Shown in pieces: positions 1 through 7,962 of a stretch of DNA of 30,882 nucleotides. The notes under the pieces are model-generated. The model made no database searches and was not told the origin of the DNA. It saw only the letters and a list, made by a program, of their open reading frames with translations. How positions within the stretch are numbered: the first letter of the stretch is position 1; each line of letters opens with the position of its first letter. The DNA lies in IMG/VR virus record IMGVR_UViG_3300023055_000021, positions 1 through 30,882 of that record; one strand, 5' to 3'. The translations under genes were made by a program, and so were the position numbers. This DNA comes from a virus (taxonomy: Duplodnaviria > Caudoviricetes).

Positions 1-1511
1 CTGCGATTTTTGATGGTATCGACATAGGTGTCGGTGAGCAGTTTGGCGGCCCCGATGGTGTCGCCCTGCTCCTTCAATGCAACGATCTGCGAGTAGGTCG
101 CTGCGGTAAGGAAGTTGTACTGCTCATTGAGGTCTTTGGCCGCCGTCACCGGGTCTTTGCCGATCTTCACGAACTCGGCAACTGTTTCCTCTACCGCCTC
201 CCCGGTCGCCGAGCGCCACTCCAAAGCGGCTTCGGTGATCTCGACGAAGCTGCCAGCGGCGATCTTGCCGCTGCCGGCCAGCTGGGTGAGTACCTCGGCC
301 GCGGCGCCGGTGGTACCGACAGTCGCGGCGACCTCGCGCGCCATGCCGGAAAGCCGGTCCGACGTCGTGCCGGCCGCGTTGCCGGTGGTGATCAGCGCTT
401 TCTGGAAACCGACCGCCTCTTCGCTGCCCGAGTAGTAGGCATATCCGAGCACGCCGACCGCCGCCGCTGCGACGGTGAACGGGTTCACCAAGCCAAGGAC
501 GTAGCCGCCCAGCGCCTGAATGGCTGGGCCCACGCCGCCGAACATGTCCTTGAGCTGCCCGCCCTGCTGTAGTAATACCTGGAGCGGAGCCTGTCCACCC
601 TGCAAGGACACCACGATATCGGTGAACTGAGCCGGTACGCCGCGCAGTGCTGCTGCGGTGGCCTTGGCCGACATACCCGTCTTGTTCAGCGCAATATCGG
701 CGCCGCCCAATGCAGTGCGCGCCTGGTCGATCTTCGCCTGATACTCGCCGAAGGTCTCCGTATCGAGCGCGCCGCGGGTGCGGAAGCCCTTCAGCTTTTG
801 CTCCATCTGATCCAGCCGGCTCATAGCTGCGACGGTCGGGTCGATCTTACCCAGCAGCTCTTCCAGCGCCTGGCCTTCTTCCCGATGCGCGCCGGCTGCC
901 TTCTTCGCCGCCTCCGCCTGGCGCTCTTCTGTGGCAATGAGGGCCTGGGCCCGGCTGTTGATGGCAGCCTGCCGACTTGCGCTCTCGGACAGGACAGCGT
1001 TAGCCTGAGAGGTGACCTCGACTGTGTGCTCGGTGGCCCGGTTGAGCGACTGAACGTACTGGCTGGCCTCCATCGAGGCTTTGGCCACGGCCAGAATCCT
1101 GGCCTGCTGCTCGTCGGCGGATTCGGCAGCGCGCCGGCCGGCTTGGGCGCCCGCATCTGTGGCACTGGTCAGCGTTTCCTGAACCTTACCCGCCTGAGCG
1201 GCTTCGGTTCGGAACGCCCCCATATTCGCTGCGGCACTGCTGAACGCCGTTGAGGCGCTGGTAACAGCACGCCCCACGGTCGCCATCTGCTGCGCCAGCT
1301 CGGCCTGCTTGGCGTTGAGCGACTGCAGCTCCTGGACGATCTGGCGGGTATCACCTTGCAAGCTGCCCAGGGCAGTCTCCCAGGCGCGCCCAGTTCGTCC
1401 AGCCAACTCCTCGGTGCGCTTGCCAGCGTCCGTCAGCTGGTCGAGGTTATCCTTGGCCTCGACAGCATCGCCGGAATCGATCTGAAGACCGAGAGAGGCA
1501 ATGGTGGTCAT
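1..1511 (-). CDS. Tail tape measure protein, lambda H-like (N-terminal part; continues past window edge)
   Basis: Manual translation from ATG 1511: MTTIASLGLQIDSGDAVEAKDNLDQL..., Ala/Gln-rich, with the motif VPAQFTDIVVSLQGGQAPLQVLLQQGGQLKDMFGG. Follows the tail chaperones. Absent from the ORF track, presumably because it has no stop in the window. Confidence 0.93.
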   Translation of the reverse strand, partial: MTTIASLGLQIDSGDAVEAKDNLDQLTDAGKRTEELAGRTGRAWETALGSLQGDTRQIVQELQSLNAKQAELAQQMATVGRAVTSASTAFSSAAANMGAFRTEAAQAGKVQETLTSATDAGAQAGRRAAESADEQQARILAVAKASMEASQYVQSLNRATEHTVEVTSQANAVLSESASRQAAINSRAQALIATEERQAEAAKKAAGAHREEGQALEELLGKIDPTVAAMSRLDQMEQKLKGFRTRGALDTETFGEYQAKIDQARTALGGADIALNKTGMSAKATAAALRGVPAQFTDIVVSLQGGQAPLQVLLQQGGQLKDMFGGVGPAIQALGGYVLGLVNPFTVAAAAVGVLGYAYYSGSEEAVGFQKALITTGNAAGTTSDRLSGMAREVAATVGTTGAAAEVLTQLAGSGKIAAGSFVEITEAALEWRSATGEAVEETVAEFVKIGKDPVTAAKDLNEQYNFLTAATYSQIVALKEQGDTIGAAKLLTDTYVDTIKNR

Positions 1512-1514
1512 GAT

Positions 1515-1838
1515 CTACTCCATGGATTCGGCCATGACGGCCAAGGCCTCAACCTCCATGACGCGGAGATCGGGAAAAATGTCGGTGAGGTCGCGGCGCT
1601 TGATGCCGAGCATCGAGGCTGTTGCGGGGATGGCTGAGTAGTCCAGGCCAGACGGGCCGCCCGTTCCAACCCGCCACTGCGTGCCCATCGCGTCGAACAG
1701 CCGAAAGGCTGGCCAAGCGTCTGGCCAAACCTCCACTTCCTCTTCAGGGATGTCCGCCAGGGTCAGCCCCAGCGGGGCCAGTTGCTCGGCAGATGGCCCA
1801 CGCTCATAACAGGCCCGGGCCGCCGCCCTCAGTTTCCC
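1515..1838 (-). CDS. Tail assembly chaperone T-like segment (DUF1799-like), probably expressed as a -1 frameshift fusion
   Basis: The frame is open from the slippery site: GKLRAAARACYERGPSAEQLAPLGLTLADIPEEEVEVWPDAWPAFRLFDAMGTQWRVG...GLDYSAI. It lies between the chaperone and the tape measure. Confidence 0.85.
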   Translation of the reverse strand, partial: GKLRAAARACYERGPSAEQLAPLGLTLADIPEEEVEVWPDAWPAFRLFDAMGTQWRVGTGGPSGLDYSAIPATASMLGIKRRDLTDIFPDLRVMEVEALAVMAESME

Positions 1839-2212
1839 AATCGGGCCGGGCTGTAAGCAGCTTGGAAGGCGTCGATGACGGCCTTAGGCGCACCCGTGCA
1901 GGTACGGACCAGCTCGAGGATCGCCTTCTGACTGAACTTGTCCTCCAAGTCCCATCCTGTGACGATTTCGCCCAGTTGCTCGGCCTGCAGAGCGATTTCG
2001 CCAGCGGTCACCTCTTCCCACGTAGCGTTGTCGACCCTAGCCTGCTCCGCCCAAGCGTCGCGAGCCTTGTTCCAGCGATCAAACATGCCGGCCAGCGTCA
2101 CGCGATCCATATAGCGGAACTCGAATTCCACCGGCACTGGCTCTCCACCGATTCGAGGAACCTGCACCTCGGCAGTGAACGTCGGGTCCTGCGCGATTTT
2201 GATCTTCGCCAT
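1829..2212 (-). CDS. Tail assembly chaperone (G-like)
   Basis: 127 aa, PTFTAEVQVP...EFEFRY...IVTGWDLEDKFS. Lies between tail tube and tape measure and ends in the slippery site. Confidence 0.88.
   Translation of the reverse strand: MAKIKIAQDPTFTAEVQVPRIGGEPVPVEFEFRYMDRVTLAGMFDRWNKARDAWAEQARVDNATWEEVTAGEIALQAEQLGEIVTGWDLEDKFSQKAILELVRTCTGAPKAVIDAFQAAYSPARLGN
1832..1838 (-). other. Programmed -1 frameshift slippery heptamer G GGA AAC
   Basis: XXXYYYZ heptamer directly before the TGA of 1829..2212. The -1 frame is the frame of ORF 1515..1736 (1838-1736=102). Analogous to lambda G/GT (GGGAAAG). Confidence 0.9.
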
Positions 2213-2221
2213 GGGGGCTCC

Positions 2222-2881
2222 TTATGCGCCGGCCAAGTAACGGACCGGACGTCCCGACAGCGCGATGCTGATGGTGCGGGTCATGAGGTTGTTACGCTCC
2301 ATCGTTGGGGTGGTGGTGATGCTCACGTAACCCGGATAGAGGATCTGGTCGCCATTTGGCAACTTCAGGCGCACCACGGTCAGTTCCTTGCTATCGCCAT
2401 AGGCCTCGACCAGGCCCACGTAGGCAGCCGCAGGCTGATCCTCGACAGTGATCGACAGCGTGATCGGGTTGCGATTGGTGGGGAACTGGCGATCGTCGTC
2501 GTCCTCCAGGTACCCTACCGTGAGGTACTGCTGCTCACCTCCCGAAGAGGTGAAAGCGGTCACCTTCGAGATCTGAGCCCAGTTGGTCACCGGGATAACA
2601 GAGCCCACACCCGCCCCGGCCGTGTACTTATCGGTGTTGGTGGTGTTCAGCCCGGCCAGCGAAAACTTGTCAGCGGCAACACTGGCCGCGCGAACAGCGC
2701 GGTCGTTGATCAGCGACCAACCTGAGCTGACGACAAGAACATCACCGTTCTTGATGGTGTGTCCTGCAGCGCTGGCCACAGGCGGCGCAGCGTTGGTTAG
2801 AGCGGTGAAGGCTACGGCAGCGGCGAGTACGCTGGCGATTTCCAGCACGGAGCCGTTCGGCAGCGGGAAGCGTGCGGCCAT
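2222..2881 (-). CDS. Major tail tube protein
   Basis: 219 aa, LPNGS...SSGGEQQY...DDDRQFPT...LKLPNG..ILYPGYVS. Directly upstream of the chaperones, with a GAGG RBS. Confidence 0.88.
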   Translation of the reverse strand: MAARFPLPNGSVLEIASVLAAAVAFTALTNAAPPVASAAGHTIKNGDVLVVSSGWSLINDRAVRAASVAADKFSLAGLNTTNTDKYTAGAGVGSVIPVTNWAQISKVTAFTSSGGEQQYLTVGYLEDDDDRQFPTNRNPITLSITVEDQPAAAYVGLVEAYGDSKELTVVRLKLPNGDQILYPGYVSITTTPTMERNNLMTRTISIALSGRPVRYLAGA

Positions 2882-2919
2882 GGTTGTTTCCTCTTGATAG
2901 CCCGCCAGGCGGCGGTTGG

Positions 2920-3348
2920 TTATGCCCCAGCGGGCGATTGGTCCGCGACACCGCGGTAGGTGAAGCTGGCCGGCACCGTGTAGGTCGCCGACTCGGGGAT
3001 GCTTGGGCCTTGGTCAACTGGCTCGGTGACCATTCCCTCGAAGCCGTTGCGGCTGAGCTTAGAGTCGACATGGAACAGGGCGCTGAGCTCATCTACCAGC
3101 GATTCGGCGGTCGCCAAGGCCTGGCCCGCCGGGCAGGTGATACTGACTTGGTAGATTCCGGTGTACTCGTAGGCCTCGCCACCCAAGTAACGGCAGGTGG
3201 TTTCCCCAGGCAGCTGGTAAGCCTGCAGGTATGTTTCTCCCGGCAAGGCCTCGAAACCCTGCTCGAAGTTCGCGACCCGGATCGGGCGCGCCGCTGCCCA
3301 GGCCATCAGCTTTATCTCGATGGCCTGACGGGCTCGTGCATGGCTCAT
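2920..3348 (-). CDS. Tail terminator-like protein (DUF4128-like)
   Basis: 142 aa, GIYQVSITCPAGQ...LVDELSALF. Lies just upstream of the tube gene, with an ATGA overlap to the previous gene. Confidence 0.78.
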   Translation of the reverse strand: MSHARARQAIEIKLMAWAAARPIRVANFEQGFEALPGETYLQAYQLPGETTCRYLGGEAYEYTGIYQVSITCPAGQALATAESLVDELSALFHVDSKLSRNGFEGMVTEPVDQGPSIPESATYTVPASFTYRGVADQSPAGA

Positions 3349-4016
3349 ACTCGATGGGTCCTAATGGCTGCTTCTACGATCCGCTGGAAATCGGCGACGG
3401 TGACACGGACCATGCCGGCCGGAGCCTGGGTGCTATGGCCGTATTCCAAGGGGATGGCATATGGCAGGTTGTTTACGATGAATGCGACCTCGCCTGCGCT
3501 CAGGTCACCAGCTGCAGCGATGATCCTGTCCAGGGTCTCACCCGCGCTTTCGATATCCTCAATCTCGCCAACTGCTGGAACACCAGTAGAAAGCTGCCAG
3601 TTGCTGCGAAATCGGCCACCGACATAGCCCTGGCCAACGCTTCGAACGCCAAACCCGAAGTTTTCGCGCTGTTCACGCTTGGTGAGTGGTTTACGAAGGC
3701 GAAGTCCTTCCTTGAGGTTTCCACTTTTGGTGTAGTTGCCGGGGTTCGACGTGATACTGGCATTGATGGCTTCGGCCCTGGAGTTGTACGCCGCAATCTT
3801 CTCCGATGCACTGCCCTGAGCCTCTATGTTGACCTTCCAGAGGTCCGGATTGCCGACCGGCGACATAGTCACCAGCCTTCGACCAACCATGATCACGACT
3901 TCACGAAAGGTCAGGTCCATTGCCTCTTTTGCCTGCTCGGCGAACTGCTGTAGCTGAGCAGCGAAGCTTCCATCCAGCCCGCCATAGCGGTCTGTCATGT
4001 GTGAGCCGCGGGCCAT
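3345..4016 (-). CDS. HK97 gp10-like tail completion protein
   Basis: SPVGNPDLW, GGRFRSNW and NNLPYAIPLEYGHSTQAPAGMVR motifs. Start MARGSH follows GAGG; an alternative start lies 6 codons further in. Confidence 0.82.
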   Translation of the reverse strand: MARGSHMTDRYGGLDGSFAAQLQQFAEQAKEAMDLTFREVVIMVGRRLVTMSPVGNPDLWKVNIEAQGSASEKIAAYNSRAEAINASITSNPGNYTKSGNLKEGLRLRKPLTKREQRENFGFGVRSVGQGYVGGRFRSNWQLSTGVPAVGEIEDIESAGETLDRIIAAAGDLSAGEVAFIVNNLPYAIPLEYGHSTQAPAGMVRVTVADFQRIVEAAIRTHRV

Positions 4017-4018
4017 GG

Positions 4019-4405
4019 TCACTTCCTCAGTTGGATGGTCCAAGTGGCCTTGGCCGCGTCCTGCCCCACGTTCATGACCCGATAGCCGCTGATGCGATCG
4101 CCGATGGCAGGAGTGGCGGGGATATCAGTGATCTGCTCGCCATCCCTCAAGAGCAGTTCGTTCTGCAGGGCCTTGAGGCGCACGTCCGAGGTCAAGATGC
4201 GCGTGCCGTCGACCTCGCGGGCTTGGTACTGCCCAAAGACGCCGCGGCCGGCGTATGACAGGGTTGCGGCCGGCGTACTGCCGCCCTTTACCGGGTCATA
4301 CGTGCCCGCCACCGACCTACTACCCTCAACCGCCGAAACCGCATCGGCAAGGTCTGTATCGAACGCCTCGGCTAGGTCGGCCTGTAGTTCATCGCGAAGC
4401 CCCAT
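4019..4405 (-). CDS. Head closure / head-tail joining protein
   Basis: 128 aa in the neck module, GTYDPVKG...D..KATWTIQLRK. Function assigned by position. Confidence 0.7.
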   Translation of the reverse strand: MGLRDELQADLAEAFDTDLADAVSAVEGSRSVAGTYDPVKGGSTPAATLSYAGRGVFGQYQAREVDGTRILTSDVRLKALQNELLLRDGEQITDIPATPAIGDRISGYRVMNVGQDAAKATWTIQLRK

Positions 4406-4406
4406 A

Positions 4407-4778
4407 TCAGCTCCTCACAACCTTAGTCTGGCCAGTGTTGTTCAGATATGGCGCCAGCAGTGCAAGGGCAAATGACTCACCAGCGCTAAATTTGCGAGAC
4501 GACTGGGAGAACGTCTTGCTGCTGGACACGCCGTCGGCGTTGACCGACTTGCTCAGCACGCCGGTCTCCTTTGTGCCGTAGATGTTGCCGGCAGCCGCCT
4601 CCCGGGCAATCTCAGCACCGGCCTGCACGACGGCATCCGGCACCGGATCGAACGAAGGGAGACGGAGGTTCGTCAGCCAGGTGTTGGCCATCAGCACCGC
4701 CCGGGCTTTCTGGTCGTCGGGCGCCCAGGCCTGCCCAAGCAGGGCGTCTACCTGCTCGACGGTGATGTAGGTGGTCAT
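4407..4778 (-). CDS. Head-tail adaptor
   Basis: 123 aa, YITVEQVDALL...VPDAVVQAGAEIA...LALLAPYL. First neck gene after the capsid genes. Confidence 0.7.
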   Translation of the reverse strand: MTTYITVEQVDALLGQAWAPDDQKARAVLMANTWLTNLRLPSFDPVPDAVVQAGAEIAREAAAGNIYGTKETGVLSKSVNADGVSSSKTFSQSSRKFSAGESFALALLAPYLNNTGQTKVVRS

Positions 4779-5122
4779 TACTCGGCCTCGCCCAGCAGCT
4801 TCTGCAGGTCTTCCAGGCTGGCTTCATCGCCGAACGGGACGCCCTTCTCGGTGAGGGCCGCTTTCAGCTTGGTGACCAACTCTTCAGCCGCGATCGCGTC
4901 ATCGAGCAGCTTCTGCAACTCCGGCTTCTTGGCCTTGGGATCGAACTGGATGTTTCGTCCGGTCAGGGCTGCACGGATGTCGTCGATGCTCGGGGCCTTG
5001 CCGGGCTTCTCAGCCTCGCCCAGCAGGTCATGCAGGTCCGGATCAAAGTCCGCCTCGTTGATCACAACGAAATCGCCTTGACCTTCGCCCCATGGCTTTA
5101 CTTTCAGGGTCTTGTTGCTCAT
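4778..5122 (-). CDS. Small protein with two HeH/LEM-like repeats
   Basis: Repeats SIDDIRAALTGRNIQFDPKAKKPELQKLL and VTKLKAALTEKGVPFGDEASLEDLQKLL. Directly downstream of the capsid gene, with an AGGAG RBS. Confidence 0.7.
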   Translation of the reverse strand: MSNKTLKVKPWGEGQGDFVVINEADFDPDLHDLLGEAEKPGKAPSIDDIRAALTGRNIQFDPKAKKPELQKLLDDAIAAEELVTKLKAALTEKGVPFGDEASLEDLQKLLGEAE

Positions 5123-5181
5123 GAACTTCTCCTGGAGAGGTGGGCCAGCGCACGCAGCGCCAGCCGCAACCGGTTTCGGTA

Positions 5182-6336
5182 TCAGCCCAGCAGGCTGGCG
5201 ATGTGCTCGGACTTGACCGCCTTGGTGCCCCAGGCCAGCGACACTTCGTACTGCATCTGGCGGTATTGGGCGTACATCGCCACTTCAAAGGTCAGGCCGC
5301 TGACCTGGTCAGTGATCAGCATGCGGTCGATTGCCGAGTCGCCCTGAGGTGGCAGAGCCGGTGCACGGGTAGCCAGTGCGATCGCCGAGCGGGCAAATGC
5401 TGCGCTACGGGTGCTGGCCGATACGACGGTCAGCGCAGTGGCGGCGGCCGGGATGGCTTTTCGCAGGCCAGGAGCAGCCAGGGTGATAGTGCCGCCGTTG
5501 GAAACATCGGTATCGCCTGCGGCGACGACGTATTTGTTGCTGTCGCTGGCGAAGGTGATGATGTCGCCAGCCACAACACCGCCGGTACCGGCCGAGGCCA
5601 GGACGATGGCGGTGGTACCGACGGCATAGCCGGCAGTGTTGGTGGTCGCGGAAGCAGCGCTGCCAATGATTGGGGTCTTCACCTGGGCCGACTCGCGGAT
5701 AGCGAAGCCGTGCACATCCAGCAGCACACCGCGGCGCAGCAGGCTGTCGTCGTTTGCTTCGTTCGCCTTCGACAGTTGGGTCAAGGTCCGCATGTTCGCG
5801 CCGGCGGAGGTGTCGATCACCATCTGCAGGTCGCCAAGCGGAGCACCGTTGTCGGAGAGGATGCGGCGCATTTGGGCGCTGTCAGCCAGGTTGGTGGCAA
5901 ATGGGGTTGTGCCAGCAGTGCCGTAGGCGCGCGAGGCGTTCACGGCCACCGCAGCCAGGTCAGCCTCGACTTCGTTGACCAGGGTGCGCATGCCCTGGGC
6001 CATCTGGTCACGCAGAATGACGTTGAACGAGGCGCCGTTGTTGTCGAGGCCCAGCTTTTCCTCGCCGTTCCAGCGAATCGGCACGCGTCGGGCCTTGTTG
6101 ATGGTCATCGAGACCTGGCCGATTTGCTGGTCGCCGTCATTTGGCGGGGTTACCGCTGGGACGATGTCGCTAGCGGTCGCGCCGTTGGTTACCGGAGAGG
6201 TAACAGTCTGACCGAGCGCAGCACGTTCGAAGGTCATGTCCGAGGACACGGCAGGGATGAAGCCAACCAACTCGCGCGACACGACATCGAGCGCGTTGTA
6301 GAGGGTTGGGATCAGGCCAGTAAGGGTGTTAGCCAT
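5182..6336 (-). CDS. Major capsid protein, P22 coat family
   Basis: 384 aa, MANTLTGLIPTLYNALDVVSRELVGFIPAV...YEVSLAWGTKAVKSEH. Follows the scaffold, with an AGGAG RBS. Confidence 0.92.
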   Translation of the reverse strand: MANTLTGLIPTLYNALDVVSRELVGFIPAVSSDMTFERAALGQTVTSPVTNGATASDIVPAVTPPNDGDQQIGQVSMTINKARRVPIRWNGEEKLGLDNNGASFNVILRDQMAQGMRTLVNEVEADLAAVAVNASRAYGTAGTTPFATNLADSAQMRRILSDNGAPLGDLQMVIDTSAGANMRTLTQLSKANEANDDSLLRRGVLLDVHGFAIRESAQVKTPIIGSAASATTNTAGYAVGTTAIVLASAGTGGVVAGDIITFASDSNKYVVAAGDTDVSNGGTITLAAPGLRKAIPAAATALTVVSASTRSAAFARSAIALATRAPALPPQGDSAIDRMLITDQVSGLTFEVAMYAQYRQMQYEVSLAWGTKAVKSEHIASLLG

Positions 6337-6438
6337 TTGGATCTCCTAAGGATCGGCGTTTGGGTTTTGTGAATACGGGTCATCCGACCCAAGCGCCGCC
6401 CCCTATCCAGGGGCACGGCATGGACTGTTTGCCAGCGG

Positions 6439-7227
6439 TTATTCGGTGACGATGCCGCCGGAGCCAGCAAATGCGGACTTCTCGGCGGGGTTCATCTGGT
6501 CGAACTGCTGGCGGGTGACGGACTTCTTGCCGGTCTGGCCATTGCCGCCGTGCTGTGCACCACCGCCATTAGCACCTGAACTTTTCAGAATGTAGTCCTT
6601 GTGCGGGTAGCGCTCGACGAGGGTTTCCAGCGCCTCGTCGAAGTCTGCGAGCTCGCCTGCGCGAACCCGGGAGAAAATCTTGTTTCCGTCGTCGCCGTAG
6701 GCCACGACCTTGCCTTCCTCGACCATGAAGGCCTTGCCGAAGTGGGACTCCACCATGTCGGCCGGAATGGCGAACTTCTCGCTGATGAGCTTGGAGCCCT
6801 TGAACGAGCCACCGATGAGCAGGTTGTGGATGGTCTGGTCGCGCTGTGCCAGGCCTTGCTGAGCCTTGGCGAGCTCTTCGGTATGCGTCTTGCTGGCAGC
6901 AGCCACTTGGTCCTGTGCGGCCTTCTGGGCTGCAAGCTTGATCTCTTCGACCTTGCCGGCGGCAATGAGCTTGCCTTCGTCGATGTTCTTGATGGTCTCC
7001 AGCGCCTTGCGGGCGGCCTCGCCATCCTCGATACCATCGAACAGCTTCAGCTTGCCCTCGGCAGCTTCGGCACGCTCGCGATGGGACTTCGCCTCCCCAT
7101 TCAGGCGGGAGATGGTCCCGGCGGTACCAGCCGCATCGAAGGGCAGTTCCTTACCGTCGTCGTAGATGTAGACGGGCTTGCCATCCTGAACAACAACATG
7201 GCCTTGGTCATCGAGCTTCAGTTTCAT
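6439..7227 (-). CDS. Capsid scaffolding protein (DUF6651-like)
   Basis: MKLKLDDQGHVVVQDGKPVY..., with a coiled-coil middle and a Gly-rich linker before a short C-terminal helix pair. GGAG RBS; directly upstream of the coat gene. Confidence 0.85.
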   Translation of the reverse strand: MKLKLDDQGHVVVQDGKPVYIYDDGKELPFDAAGTAGTISRLNGEAKSHRERAEAAEGKLKLFDGIEDGEAARKALETIKNIDEGKLIAAGKVEEIKLAAQKAAQDQVAAASKTHTEELAKAQQGLAQRDQTIHNLLIGGSFKGSKLISEKFAIPADMVESHFGKAFMVEEGKVVAYGDDGNKIFSRVRAGELADFDEALETLVERYPHKDYILKSSGANGGGAQHGGNGQTGKKSVTRQQFDQMNPAEKSAFAGSGGIVTE

Positions 7228-7298
7228 ATCGGTCTCCGGGCATCCGCCCATCGCAGGCCATCCGGCCCTATTGCGCCCCGTCCATCCGAACTGCGGGC

Positions 7299-7324
7299 AA
7301 AAAAAAGCCCTACGTAGGTAGGGC
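7299..7324 (-). terminator. Rho-independent terminator after the moron gene
   Basis: Minus strand reads GCCCTAC-CTAC-GTAGGGC followed by T8. Confidence 0.85.
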
Positions 7325-7344
7325 CTCATCAAGGATTCAACTAC

Positions 7345-7932
7345 TTATTTAGTCAAAGGAGACTTTTTCATTTCAAATCTTATATGATTAATCAAGTAAT
7401 CATCGGCTGGAAAATCAAAGGCCTTGGTCGGCGTACCAACAATAAACCTCATATCTTGGAAATTACCGCCACAACTACTATTAATCCAATCTACAATGTG
7501 CCCCAGCACATCTTCCGAGTACTTGAAAGACACTTGCTGCCCAAACGCCAGCTCTACCACCTGAGGATCATTAGACAGACAGTCAGGTCCAAACCAGAAC
7601 GATCCCCCGCCCTTAGGGTTAGACAGAATTACGTTGTGAGCATTCACCATGACTGGGAGCTTTCCATGATTGACGAGTGTAAACGTATATTTACCCGACA
7701 TGGAGAATCGCAGATCTGGAAGCTCTTGGCTCCGCTGCTTGTTTGCCAGCGCCAATGCCACCCAGATAGCACCAAATGCGCCTACACCTGAAACCCAGTC
7801 ACCAAGACTTCCCCAGTCGGGCACAAATTTTACCGTGGACTGAGGATTGAAGTTAATGCCGGCCGTCAGACCTGCAAGCGCAGACAAGACACCGACAACC
7901 ATGACAGCAATCAATACTGATACAACCTTCAT
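7345..7932 (-). CDS. Moron: membrane-anchored hypothetical protein
   Basis: 195 aa with two N-terminal hydrophobic segments (second is WGSLGDWVSGVGAFGAIWVALALA). Visibly AT-richer than the flanks, has its own terminator, and interrupts the head operon. Confidence 0.75.
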   Translation of the reverse strand: MKVVSVLIAVMVVGVLSALAGLTAGINFNPQSTVKFVPDWGSLGDWVSGVGAFGAIWVALALANKQRSQELPDLRFSMSGKYTFTLVNHGKLPVMVNAHNVILSNPKGGGSFWFGPDCLSNDPQVVELAFGQQVSFKYSEDVLGHIVDWINSSCGGNFQDMRFIVGTPTKAFDFPADDYLINHIRFEMKKSPLTK

Positions 7933-7962
7933 CAGATCTACCTAGGCCAGGAAAAGCCAGGA

